DNA of 64,000 nt. Source: a virus. Lineage: Duplodnaviria > Caudoviricetes. The position numbers were made by a program, and so were the translations under genes. A model generated the notes under the pieces. It ran no database searches. It was given only the letters and a program-made list of their open reading frames with translations, and had not been told where the DNA came from. Shown here one piece after another: positions 27,203 through 36,800 of this stretch (within the stretch, counting starts at the first letter, position 1; the number at the start of each line of letters is the position of its first letter). The stretch is from the IMG/VR virus record IMGVR_UViG_3300044719_000048, positions 1 through 64,000 of that record; one strand, 5' to 3'.

Positions 27203-27766
27203 ATGAAGATCCAAATCAACGCGTCTGCCAGACTGACGGCCGCGAAGGCAGACCTAAACTTCGCAGTCAGGTACATTCAATCGGTAGCCGGTATCAAGGT
27301 TAATCGACCTTCGCGCTACGAAAACAACTACGTTGAGTTCAAGCTCGACAAGAAGCGCTTTTGGGAAGCCAAGTACCAGCTCTCTAAGGCATTCGGTGCA
27401 CCCAAAAACATCGATCCGGGAAATACGCGCACCGTGTATCTGGCGTGGAAAGATCCGAAGGGTGGAAGCATCATCCTCTACATGTCCTCGGATATGCAGT
27501 ATTCCATCGGTCTGGACAATGATCCGAACGCAGTCGGACAGCACGCATCCACCAAGTTGCGCGCGAAGGACGACAACGGCGACAAGGAGCGCCTTGATCA
27601 ACTTGTCAAGCAGATCAAGATGTTTGAGGAAGACGTCAAGGAGATCGAGGAGGACGGAGACGACGCGACAGTGGAACGCAGGCATCTCGAATCTCTGCGG
27701 GACGAGCAGCGCCGTCTCAAGGAGAAGATGGGGATCTCTCACGCATCTCGTAGGTCGCCTCACTGA
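27203..27766 (+). CDS. tagged orphan family member 4 with coiled-coil extension
   Basis: MKIQINASARLTA; AKYQLSKAFGAP; second tag-like HASTKLRA. Confidence 0.8.
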   Translation: MKIQINASARLTAAKADLNFAVRYIQSVAGIKVNRPSRYENNYVEFKLDKKRFWEAKYQLSKAFGAPKNIDPGNTRTVYLAWKDPKGGSIILYMSSDMQYSIGLDNDPNAVGQHASTKLRAKDDNGDKERLDQLVKQIKMFEEDVKEIEEDGDDATVERRHLESLRDEQRRLKEKMGISHASRRSPH

Positions 27767-27826
27767 GGCATCAGGTCGCAACTCGCATTTTTACTCAGTA
27801 GTTAACCAAACCCAATGAGGAACACT

Positions 27827-29323
27827 ATGCCTATCATGAGCAAAGCGCAATTGAAGCCGCGCAAAGTCTCGGCATCGACTTCGACGCACAAAGGCAACGA
27901 AGACGATCTGCTGACGGACGAAAGCGGCGACGCACTCAACAACCACATGTCGGTCGACACGCTGATCGACCCCGAAGACTACAACGGTGGCGCCACGCAC
28001 TACTCGAACGACGAGCCGTCGCATCCGACCTTCGCTTCCAAGAAGAAAAAGGTCAAAGCCAACGAGAACGCAGACGGCGACAGCGGTGGTTCGTCGCTGA
28101 ATCCGGGTACCAACAACGTCGGCACCATCGACAACCTGACCGATCCGGACGAAGGCTACATCGGCGCCACCGACATGGACGACATCGACCCGGACATGGA
28201 CGATGACGTGGACTTCGATGTCGACGATCCGGACGCATCGAACCCTGCGGAAGACGAAGACCAATTCACCGGCACCGATCCGGACGGCGGCGAGACCACG
28301 GCCTCCGACACCGAACTGCAGAACAGCATGTCGGTCAGCCCGCTAGAAGCCTCGGAAGAGGACGAAGACTGGGACGCCGCTCCTGCCGCTGACGATGAAG
28401 ATCTCGAAGATGACCTGGCCGAGGAAGACGAGGAGTCCGGCAACGGTGGCGTCGCCATCGAAGACGTGCAGGATGAACCGGAAGAAGCCTCGACCGACGA
28501 AGACGTCAGCATCCTGGATGTGGACGAAACGCCGGACCACGAAGTCGAAGACGTCGCCTTCGCCACCGCAGGCACGCGCCTGCTGGCAATCAAGGCCAAC
28601 CGCATCATCGCTTCCATGACCGGTCGCATGGCTATCGCTGCGGGTCGCAATGACGTGTACCTGACCGACCAGTTCCAAGAGGTCACGGCAATGCAGATCA
28701 AGCAGCTGGGTCTGCGCAAGGGTCTGAAGTCGATGGGCTTCGCTCTGGCCAAGGTCACGCTGGCGAAAGCAAGCGTCATCAAGGCCCAAGTCCAGAAGGA
28801 AGTGCACAAGACCACGGCCGCTGTTCGCAAGGTCAACGCCGAGAAAGAGAAAGCCTTCGAGCAGTCGCTGGCAATCGCTTCGGTCGGCATCAACCGCAAT
28901 ATGTTCAAGCATACCGAGAACCCACTCAAAGCACACCTCGAAGGTGAGTTCCGTCGTCTGGGCATTCGTGGTGCAGGTCGTATCCTGACCCAAGCCTTCG
29001 CTGAGCACGGTCCAGCCTACGCCAAGTCGGTCGTCGAGCTGGCCAAGAAGATCTCGGCGATGCCGGAAGAGGTGCGCGACTCCTACGTGGACGCCCTGGA
29101 TATGGACACCGGCGTGGTGGACGAGCCGGAAGAGGACGTGATCCCGATCGGTGCCGACATGGAAGACGGCGAGGACGATCTGGAAGACGAAGGCTTCGGT
29201 GACACCGTGGAGGCAGCCCTGGCCCGCCCAGGTGTGCGCGTTCAGGCATCGGCCGCTGCCAACGGCAAGTACAGCGTGACGGCCAACGAGATCCTCAACG
29301 GCAAGCGTCCGCTGTTCGGCTAA
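27827..29323 (+). CDS. putative prohead scaffold/core protein
   Basis: Very acidic N-terminal half plus helical C-terminal half; lies between protease and capsid genes; GAGGA RBS. Confidence 0.6.
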   Translation: MPIMSKAQLKPRKVSASTSTHKGNEDDLLTDESGDALNNHMSVDTLIDPEDYNGGATHYSNDEPSHPTFASKKKKVKANENADGDSGGSSLNPGTNNVGTIDNLTDPDEGYIGATDMDDIDPDMDDDVDFDVDDPDASNPAEDEDQFTGTDPDGGETTASDTELQNSMSVSPLEASEEDEDWDAAPAADDEDLEDDLAEEDEESGNGGVAIEDVQDEPEEASTDEDVSILDVDETPDHEVEDVAFATAGTRLLAIKANRIIASMTGRMAIAAGRNDVYLTDQFQEVTAMQIKQLGLRKGLKSMGFALAKVTLAKASVIKAQVQKEVHKTTAAVRKVNAEKEKAFEQSLAIASVGINRNMFKHTENPLKAHLEGEFRRLGIRGAGRILTQAFAEHGPAYAKSVVELAKKISAMPEEVRDSYVDALDMDTGVVDEPEEDVIPIGADMEDGEDDLEDEGFGDTVEAALARPGVRVQASAAANGKYSVTANEILNGKRPLFG

Positions 29324-29408
29324 GCCACAACAGAAAAGCAGTGGGTGGTGTAGATCACAACCCACACTTTTACTCAGTAACATAAATCAATCATCTGGAG
29401 GTTTCAAA

Positions 29409-30080
29409 ATGATCTACGGTCCGTTCTCGAAATACGTGGACTCGTCGGAAATGGCTGTCGCGCCGGGCGCAGTCATCGACGCAGAAGGCATGGTGCTGGT
29501 CCGCGCTTCCGGCGCCCAAGCTGCAGGCGTGATGCCGTCGACCGGCGGCACGTCGGAAGTCTTCGCAGGCTTCTCCATCGCAGGCACCTCGGCCGCTCCG
29601 TTCATGGAAGGCTTCACCAACAAGCAAGAAACGTTCGTCGTTCCGTCGACCGGTCGTGTTACCCTGCAATTCGCTCCGGTTCCGAACCAAGTGTTCGTGT
29701 ATGACGTGACCGCAGGCGCAGCCGTTTCGTCGCCGACCGTCTCGGGCAAGTCCATCACCGGTCTGACTGCAGGCGACCAGGTCGTCGTGACCTACAAATA
29801 TGCCCTGTCCGTCGTGCAAGCCCGCGCGCTGCAAGGCGACGTGCAACCGGGTGGCTACAGCGGTGCCTACATCGGCCAGATCGGCTGCATCAAGCGGGGC
29901 GTCATCTACACGTCGGAGTTCGATGCGTCCGTCGACTGGACCGCAGCAACCGGCGTGAAGGCAGCCGCGGGCGGTCAAGTGACCAATCAAGCGGGTTCGG
30001 GCATCACGCTCCCGGCACAGATCATCGCGACGCCGACCTCGGAAGTGACCTTCCTCGGTCTGGAATTCTCGGCCGTCTAA
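29409..30080 (+). CDS. putative capsid decoration/cement protein
   Basis: Directly precedes the major capsid gene; G/A/V/T-rich beta protein; strong codon bias. Confidence 0.55.
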   Translation: MIYGPFSKYVDSSEMAVAPGAVIDAEGMVLVRASGAQAAGVMPSTGGTSEVFAGFSIAGTSAAPFMEGFTNKQETFVVPSTGRVTLQFAPVPNQVFVYDVTAGAAVSSPTVSGKSITGLTAGDQVVVTYKYALSVVQARALQGDVQPGGYSGAYIGQIGCIKRGVIYTSEFDASVDWTAATGVKAAAGGQVTNQAGSGITLPAQIIATPTSEVTFLGLEFSAV

Positions 30081-30114
30081 TTCACCGCGACAGCATTAAC
30101 ATAAGGAGCAAGAA

Positions 30115-31194
30115 ATGTCGAAGATCAAAGTTCAAGCTGCGCGTACCCCTACCGTAGCATCCGAGTATCGCTTCCAGGGCTCGAACGAGCGTGCAATCGG
30201 CGCAGGCGGCGAGATCAACGCTTCCTCGAAGCGCGAGCTGCTGAACAAGCAGATGAAGTTCCTGGAGGCTTCGGCCAACGGTTCGCTGATCACCGATGCG
30301 CAAGGCTACAAGATCGAGGCCCAAGCCAAGACCAACCGTGAGCTGCTGAAGGCCGCGCAGAACGACCGCGAAGTCCATCGCGTGCTGGGCGAGCGTATGG
30401 CCGAATCGCTGTACATCACGGCGAACCGTCAGGGCTTCATGCGCAAGTACCTGACCAAGATCGCCGTCGATCAAGGCACGGTCCCGCGCTTCCCGCTGCG
30501 CACCAAGAACGTCACGGCCGTCTGGAGCACCAGCCCGACGCGCATCGAGACCCAGATCACGCGCGACAAGTGGTACACCCCACCGGAACTGAGCATCGTG
30601 ACGCGTCCGTTCGTGACGCAGAACGAGCTGAACCAGTCGGCCGGTGACGTGCTGCAAGAGAAGTACGTCGAAGCAACCGAAGCAGTGATGGTCGCCGAAG
30701 ACCGCCTGTGGTACAACCAGGTGAACGCCCTGGTCGGCATCGACAACAACCTGTCGATCATCAGCGGCCAGCTGACGCCGTACACCCTGATGCAGGTCGT
30801 CACCAACGTGACCCGCTGGGGCCTGAAAGCTCCGCACGTCCTGATCGCGTCGGACATCTACCAGGACATCATCGGCAACTCGGAGTTCTACTCGGCAATC
30901 GACCCGGTCGCTCGCCACGAACTGCTGCTGACCGGCGAGCTCGCCGTGATGTACGGTATGACCATCACTTCGGACGCCTACCGCCATCCGGAGCACAAGG
31001 TCCTGAACCAAGGCGAGTTCTACGTGATCTCGGAAGCGCTGAACCACGGCGCCTACTCGGATCGCGGCGGCATCAACAGCGCGCCGATCGACATCGTGAA
31101 CGAGAAGATCCCTGGCAAGGGCTGGGTCATCCACGAGGAGATCGCGATCTCCATCGCCAACAGCCGTTCGGTCGCAAAAGGCCAGCGCCTGTAA
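30115..31194 (+). CDS. major capsid protein (HK97-fold, inferred)
   Basis: 359 aa, extreme codon bias, TAAGGAG RBS, protease-scaffold-cement-capsid gene order. Confidence 0.8.
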   Translation: MSKIKVQAARTPTVASEYRFQGSNERAIGAGGEINASSKRELLNKQMKFLEASANGSLITDAQGYKIEAQAKTNRELLKAAQNDREVHRVLGERMAESLYITANRQGFMRKYLTKIAVDQGTVPRFPLRTKNVTAVWSTSPTRIETQITRDKWYTPPELSIVTRPFVTQNELNQSAGDVLQEKYVEATEAVMVAEDRLWYNQVNALVGIDNNLSIISGQLTPYTLMQVVTNVTRWGLKAPHVLIASDIYQDIIGNSEFYSAIDPVARHELLLTGELAVMYGMTITSDAYRHPEHKVLNQGEFYVISEALNHGAYSDRGGINSAPIDIVNEKIPGKGWVIHEEIAISIANSRSVAKGQRL

Positions 31195-31256
31195 TAACGG
31201 AGGGACCTGTCTGATGGCAGGCCCCTAAGTCAAACGAATCGATCAAAGGAAATGAA

Positions 31257-31676
31257 ATGAAGGCATACAATCATTCGCTGGACTTCACCGTTCTGGCATT
31301 GGCACACGCAGTCGACGGTGACTACACGGCGGCAGGCAAGCTGCTGCTCAAGGCCTCCAGGGCCCATGACGTGAAACAAGCAGTCGCCATCCTGGAAGCG
31401 TCGAACGCGCAAGCATTCGCCAACCAGCAGAAGGCGAGCAAGCAGGTCAAGGCCGCTGCCAAGACCTCGGCGAAAACGCGAGTCCGTGCATTCGACATCG
31501 GCGACGAGTCGGACATCGACGAACTGATCGGCGACGGTGACGACGAGGAAGAAGTCGACGCCGAGCTGGAAGACGGCGAAGACGAGGAAGAGGAAGAAGG
31601 CGAGGAGGACGGCGACTTCGACAAGGCTTTTGCTTCCGTTCTGAACGGCATGAAAGGCCGCGCTAAGCGCAAGTAA
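31257..31676 (+). CDS. hypothetical head-associated protein with acidic tail
   Basis: AAGGA RBS; QVKAA and RVRAF sites precede a D/E tract. Confidence 0.75.
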   Translation: MKAYNHSLDFTVLALAHAVDGDYTAAGKLLLKASRAHDVKQAVAILEASNAQAFANQQKASKQVKAAAKTSAKTRVRAFDIGDESDIDELIGDGDDEEEVDAELEDGEDEEEEEGEEDGDFDKAFASVLNGMKGRAKRK

Positions 31677-31688
31677 TAACCGCGACTG

Positions 31689-31723
31689 AGGGAGCCATCG
31701 CTTAAAGGTGATGGCTCCCTTTT
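31689..31723 (+). terminator. intrinsic terminator
   Basis: AGGGAGCCATCGC/GTGATGGCTCCCT stem followed by TTT. Confidence 0.8.
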
Positions 31724-31738
31724 CCATTTGAGGGCCAT

Positions 31739-32371
31739 ATGGAGATCAAACCCATCGAGAGCTTTGTGTTCGACGGCATCCTCAAGCGCTTTACTGAGGT
31801 CTTTCAATGCAGAGCCGCAATCACCACAACCAACGATAAGACGCGTACTCTTGAACGTTTCTTCTCGGGCAATCAAGTTGAGTACCCGTACGCTTTCCTG
31901 ACCGTGCAGTCCGTAGCACATAACAAGGACAGCTATCAGAACACCATGCTCACACGGCGCGGAGTCCGCATCTCTACGTCTGAGAATCAGATCATGGCGG
32001 CGCGTATTCTGCCGACGAACTTCAGTATGGAGGTCGAGTTCCACACGAACAAGTTCAGTGGCATTGAGCCTCAAACGGTCATGGGCTATGCGCGCAGGTG
32101 GCTGTTTGCCTACAAGTGCGGGTATCTCAAATTTAATATCCAGTATGGCCAGCTGGAGACCCGTATCGGCGTTACTCTAGATGAGTCGGTGTCCACGCCG
32201 CCACTAGAAAACCGAGTAGAGAACGAGGCCGTCTATAAGATCACAAGTAACTTGGTGGTTCATGGATACACGTCTGAACCCATCCTTGGATCACAAGGGC
32301 GCGTCTCTGACATTGATCTTCAGATGCTCTTCGGGTCTGCGCAAGGCTATGATTTCGTTCCTTTTGAATAG
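31739..32371 (+). CDS. putative tail terminator/completion protein
   Basis: Position before the sheath; EYPYAFL and PTNFSMEVEF patterns. Confidence 0.45.
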   Translation: MEIKPIESFVFDGILKRFTEVFQCRAAITTTNDKTRTLERFFSGNQVEYPYAFLTVQSVAHNKDSYQNTMLTRRGVRISTSENQIMAARILPTNFSMEVEFHTNKFSGIEPQTVMGYARRWLFAYKCGYLKFNIQYGQLETRIGVTLDESVSTPPLENRVENEAVYKITSNLVVHGYTSEPILGSQGRVSDIDLQMLFGSAQGYDFVPFE

Positions 32372-32379
32372 GAGTTGAT

Positions 32380-32655
32380 ATGGACAACGTCCTGGTCATT
32401 AACTTGACCACACTAACGCAGCACGTAGGGGTCATCCATGCTGATGGCCGCAGCGACAGCGTGCAGATCATGCCGCGTCGCCGAGTGCACCTTCGCACCG
32501 GCATGACGGTTGACCCACGTTGGCTTGGCCTGAATCCCACTGCTGTGCGGGTCCAAAAGCCGGAGCCCCAACAGGTTCAACGGCAGGTCGTGCCCGCACC
32601 TGAGGTCGTGACCACTGAGACAGCCGCAACCGAAGCCACTGGAGGCCAACAATGA
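32380..32655 (+). CDS. hypothetical protein
   Basis: AGGAG RBS; coupled to the sheath gene. Confidence 0.7.
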   Translation: MDNVLVINLTTLTQHVGVIHADGRSDSVQIMPRRRVHLRTGMTVDPRWLGLNPTAVRVQKPEPQQVQRQVVPAPEVVTTETAATEATGGQQ

Positions 32656-34592
32656 CTATCCTCGTTCAACGTGCGTCTGACGTTCGCGTGCAGGAGATCG
32701 ACCTCTCGCAGGTCATTACCTCGGCCTCCACGGCAGTGGCCTGCCAAGTGGTGGTCTCCAATCAGGGCTCCCCGGACCCCAAGTTCTTCACCAACGCCCA
32801 AGACTATCTGGCGGAATACGGCAACCCGAATGCGCAGATCTCATTCGACGTGTACTGCGGTCTGGACTTCTTCCGGGAAGGCGACCAGCTGTGGGCCCGT
32901 CGTGTGGTACACGCCGACGCCTTGTACAGCGGGCTGCTGATGTACAACGAGAGCAGTGTTACCCACTTGCTGGGCACTGCAAACGGCGTGTCGAATCCGA
33001 CGGCACCGGACTGGTCCACGCTGATGCCATCGCAGACGGACGTGCCCATCGCGTTGTTCTATCCGAAGCGCGGCCAGGGTTCGTACGCGAACCAACTGGC
33101 TATCAGCGTTACCTCCAACAACCTGAGTGCTCCCACCAATCTGGTGGGCTCTTCGCAAGCGACAGGTGGTTCGATGCTCGCCGGTACGTACCAGTACCAA
33201 GTGTCTGCCATCAGCGCGGCAGGGGAAACTCTGGCCTCCACTCCTGTGGTGGTCAACATCGTGGGCTCCGCCGTCACCAATCAAGTGACGCTGACGTGGG
33301 ATCCTATCGATCTGGCCGACGGCTACGTGGTGTACGGTCGGACGTCGACCTCGTCGCTTATCGGTGCTATGGCTACCATCGGCAAAGGCACCACGACGTT
33401 CGTGGACACTGGCGCAATTCCGCCGGACACCACGAAGAAGCCGATCACCAGTCCGGCGAACCTGCCGCCTCCTGATCCGCGATTCACCGTGTCGGTCTTC
33501 GATCTGAATACCTCGGTCGACAATCCGGTCGAGCAGTTCGTGTGCACGTTGACACCGTACACCGACACGAGTGGCATCGAGTGTGAGCTGGAGGAGCGGA
33601 TCAACCCGTATTCGCAGTACATCCAGGTCACGAACAATACGCTGGCACTGCTGACCGTACCGGAGATCACGACCGTCGCCAAGACCCAAATGAAGGGCGG
33701 CGATTCGGGTACGGCCCCGACGGAATTCGACGTTGCCGCTGCCTACGACATCTTCAGCAACAAGCAGTTGTACCAGATCAACACGCTGATCAACGGTGGT
33801 CACGCAACGCCCACCGTGCAGAAGGCAATGGATGCTCTGGCCGTGAAGCGCTGGGACACCGCCGCTATGCTGGACGTGCCGTCGTCGAAACAGACGTTCC
33901 AGGCCGCAGTCAACTATCGCAAGCTGGAGCTCAACCTCAATTCGTCCTACAGCGCGCTGTTCTGCCCGGACGTACTGGAGGCCGACACGATCAATGGCAA
34001 ACAACAGTACGTGCCGTTCTCGGGCTGGGCTGCTGCGCTGTGTGCCCGTACTGACCGTGTGGCGAATCCGTCGTTCAGTATCGCAGGCCTGAATCGCGGT
34101 TTGGTCGACGTTCTGAAGACCCGCTATACCTACGACGATGGACAAGCCACCGAGCTGTTCAAGGCCCGCGTGAACTACACGAGGACCTTCGTCGGTCAAG
34201 GTATCGCACTGTGGGAACAGCAGACCCTGCAGGCCCAAGAGTCTGCCCTGCAGTGGCTGTCGGTACGCCGGATCGTCAACGTCATGAAAACGGCGATGTA
34301 TCAGTTCCTACTCTACAGCCTGCAAGAGCCGAACGACGACTTCACTGGTCGCCAGATCGTCAGCGCATGCACTCAGTACCTGCAGTCGATCAAAGATGCA
34401 CGCGGTATCTCGGATTTCACAGTGGTCTCCGATTCATCCAATAACACGGCAGCGATGTTCAACAGTGGAGTGCGCCGTGTCACCGTCATCATCATTCCGG
34501 TGATTCCGATCCACGAGATCCAGCTGCAGATGGTGATCTCGAAACAAGGTGTGTCGTTCCAAGAGGCTCTGTCGCAAGTCGGCGGTCAATAA
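32652..34592 (+). CDS. contractile tail sheath protein
   Basis: VRVQEIDLS N-terminus; YVPFSG, IAGLNRG, LWEQQTL, LSVRRI, QEPND sheath motifs. Confidence 0.92.
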   Translation: MTILVQRASDVRVQEIDLSQVITSASTAVACQVVVSNQGSPDPKFFTNAQDYLAEYGNPNAQISFDVYCGLDFFREGDQLWARRVVHADALYSGLLMYNESSVTHLLGTANGVSNPTAPDWSTLMPSQTDVPIALFYPKRGQGSYANQLAISVTSNNLSAPTNLVGSSQATGGSMLAGTYQYQVSAISAAGETLASTPVVVNIVGSAVTNQVTLTWDPIDLADGYVVYGRTSTSSLIGAMATIGKGTTTFVDTGAIPPDTTKKPITSPANLPPPDPRFTVSVFDLNTSVDNPVEQFVCTLTPYTDTSGIECELEERINPYSQYIQVTNNTLALLTVPEITTVAKTQMKGGDSGTAPTEFDVAAAYDIFSNKQLYQINTLINGGHATPTVQKAMDALAVKRWDTAAMLDVPSSKQTFQAAVNYRKLELNLNSSYSALFCPDVLEADTINGKQQYVPFSGWAAALCARTDRVANPSFSIAGLNRGLVDVLKTRYTYDDGQATELFKARVNYTRTFVGQGIALWEQQTLQAQESALQWLSVRRIVNVMKTAMYQFLLYSLQEPNDDFTGRQIVSACTQYLQSIKDARGISDFTVVSDSSNNTAAMFNSGVRRVTVIIIPVIPIHEIQLQMVISKQGVSFQEALSQVGGQ

Positions 34593-34641
34593 ACCATAAA
34601 CCAAGGAGGGTATATCCCTCCACTCTCTACAGGGAAAAGAA

Positions 34642-35064
34642 ATGAAGATCCAAATCAACGCAGCCGCGCGCCTTGCCAAAGCCCGCGAGGTTCGAGCCGC
34701 GTCTGCAGCCGACGCAGGCAAAATCGTCCTGTGGATCCAGAAGGCTATCCCGGGCGTCAAAGGCAAGAAGCACGGCAGGGCCGGCAAACAAGAGGGTATG
34801 GAGTTCAAGATCGGCAAGGGTGCGAATCAGGTGAATCTGCGCGTTCTGCTGGACCACACCTACGAACCCCCGCAGCTGCTGCTGGAAGGTGACTGTGCGG
34901 CAGGTGACGACTGGCGTTCGGAGGAACGTACCGGAACTTTGACCGTTCGCAAGTTCAAAGACCAGCTGCGTGAAACCGTTGCTCAGTTGAAGGCCGATCC
35001 CGACGTTGCAGAACTCGTCGGTGTGCTCAAGAAGCTGATCTCGGTCAAATCGAAGATTGAATAA
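34642..35064 (+). CDS. tagged hypothetical protein inserted between sheath and tube genes
   Basis: MKIQINAAARLAKA. Confidence 0.8.
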   Translation: MKIQINAAARLAKAREVRAASAADAGKIVLWIQKAIPGVKGKKHGRAGKQEGMEFKIGKGANQVNLRVLLDHTYEPPQLLLEGDCAAGDDWRSEERTGTLTVRKFKDQLRETVAQLKADPDVAELVGVLKKLISVKSKIE

Positions 35065-35073
35065 GGAGCTGAA

Positions 35074-35577
35074 ATGCGTACATCTTTGAATGACGTGCTG
35101 AGCCTGCAAGACCCGGCACTCAGCTATAACTTCGACCTGTTCCTGCCGAACATTCCGGGCTCCTCCGACACGCGAGACCTGACGTTCAAGTGCATGACCA
35201 CCGATCTTCCGGGGGTGGCTCTGGATGCAGTGGACGTCGCGCTGCATGGCGTAAACATCCCGTTCGCAGGCCGCAAGACCTTCACGCACACGCTGAACGC
35301 CACGTTCCTCGAAACCGCTGACTGGATGACTCGCGAAAAGTTCCGTCGCTGGAACGAGTTCATCCGTTCGTGGGACAACAACAGTGGTGCTCTGTCGTCG
35401 GCGTACAAGGTCGATTCGCAGATCGTGCTGTACAACGACGTACCGGAAGTCGTGCGTACTACGAACCTGATTGGTCTCTACCCTGAGACCGTTGCAGAGG
35501 TCCAGTTGGATGGCGGGGCCTCCAACCTGATCAGCCTGCAGATCACGTTCAAGTACACGCTGTGGCGCGATTTGTGA
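35074..35577 (+). CDS. tail tube protein (T4 gp19-like)
   Basis: LPG...FAGR...TFLET...W...GLYP...QLD...ITFKY pattern; follows the sheath. Confidence 0.85.
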   Translation: MRTSLNDVLSLQDPALSYNFDLFLPNIPGSSDTRDLTFKCMTTDLPGVALDAVDVALHGVNIPFAGRKTFTHTLNATFLETADWMTREKFRRWNEFIRSWDNNSGALSSAYKVDSQIVLYNDVPEVVRTTNLIGLYPETVAEVQLDGGASNLISLQITFKYTLWRDL

Positions 35578-35590
35578 TTTCACACTTTCG

Positions 35591-35600
35591 CAATTTAATG
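35591..35600 (+). promoter_or_regulatory. AATTTNA-class putative late promoter
   Basis: CAATTTAATG before GGAG RBS. Confidence 0.5.
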
Positions 35601-35625
35601 GGGAAACGTTTTAGACGGAGTACCC

Positions 35626-36768
35626 ATGAACAAGAAAGAGCTGTACCAGAGAATGCTGGAGCTGCATTCAGCTAGTCCACGTAGCTTTAGGGTTCACGGC
35701 TACCTGCGAGACGAATTCCCAAAGCTCTGCGCCAAGTTGAAATCAGACTTCGACGTGGAGCAGCTAGGGTGGGAGCACGTCTTCAGGTATTGCCATCCGA
35801 AGGTCAGCGGTAAATGCGGAACGTGTCAAAAGCCAACTGCGTTTATCTCTGACCAACGGAAGTTCAGAGATTATTGTTCCCTGTCGTGCATGCAGAACTC
35901 ACCTGAGGTCAGAGCCAAGAAGGAGGCAACGAATCTCAAGCGACGAGGAACCAAGTGGCCAACACAGTCCAAGGAAGTGCGGGACAAAGTGGAGGCCACG
36001 AACTTGAAACGGTTTGGTGTCAAGCATCCTGCTCAATCGCAGACGTGTCAGAAGAAAGCCCGCAAGACCAATCTGCGCAAATACGGCGTCGAGCATGGCA
36101 TGCAAAATCCAGAGGTCCGTGCAAAGGTCGTTGCCACCAATCTGGCAAAGAGCGGAGGGAAGTACACTACGCCGTTCCAAGATCCGAAATCAATGAGGAA
36201 GGCGCGCAGGACCATGACAGAACGTTACGGTGCGCCTCACTCTGGTCAGGTACCAGAGCTGTTTGCCAAAGGGCAGAAGTCGAGGTACACGCATTACGAC
36301 GTGACTCTAGGTGGTATGGGGTTTCGCGTCCAAGGGTACGAAGACATGGCGTTGCGTCTTCTACTAAAGTGGGGAGTGCCCACCAAGAAGATCAGATGCG
36401 GCCGCTTTGATAGGTTCATTTATAGGGCTGGTGGTACTAAGCACTCCTACTATCCTGACTTCTACTTGAGTCATGGAAAGCAGCGTGTGTATGTGGAAGT
36501 GAAGAGCCTCTACACAGCGGGCCTTAGGACCGGCGAGCTGGACTCAGTCATCCGTGCGAAAGGTAAGGCTGTAGTAGCAGAAGGGAGGCCATTCCTGCTG
36601 TTGGTTCTGCGAACGAAAGATCAAAGAAGTGCATTGCGCGGAAATCGCGTCGGGTGGATAACCCACTTTATGTTCTCAACACCTAAACGTCCTGACTGGA
36701 AGCTGTACAGCAAGAAGTCGGACAAGGAGCAGTTGAAGGCTCGTATCCAAGCGTGGCTTGCGAGCTGA
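35626..36768 (+). CDS. putative free-standing homing endonuclease (PD-(D/E)XK, with TNLKxxG repeats)
   Basis: CxxC...YCSxxC; repeated ATNLKRxG/TNLRKYG units; YYPDFY...YVEVKS nuclease motif. Confidence 0.75.
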   Translation: MNKKELYQRMLELHSASPRSFRVHGYLRDEFPKLCAKLKSDFDVEQLGWEHVFRYCHPKVSGKCGTCQKPTAFISDQRKFRDYCSLSCMQNSPEVRAKKEATNLKRRGTKWPTQSKEVRDKVEATNLKRFGVKHPAQSQTCQKKARKTNLRKYGVEHGMQNPEVRAKVVATNLAKSGGKYTTPFQDPKSMRKARRTMTERYGAPHSGQVPELFAKGQKSRYTHYDVTLGGMGFRVQGYEDMALRLLLKWGVPTKKIRCGRFDRFIYRAGGTKHSYYPDFYLSHGKQRVYVEVKSLYTAGLRTGELDSVIRAKGKAVVAEGRPFLLLVLRTKDQRSALRGNRVGWITHFMFSTPKRPDWKLYSKKSDKEQLKARIQAWLAS

Positions 36769-36800
36769 TACGCAATCCGTTATTTTCCGAAGGACAGATC

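Noticed and set aside
20045-35583. Long minus-strand ORFs (e.g. 20045-21484, 28343-29383, 30082-31134, 32841-34238)
   Set aside because: Antisense shadows of strongly codon-biased genes; no RBS or recognisable motifs
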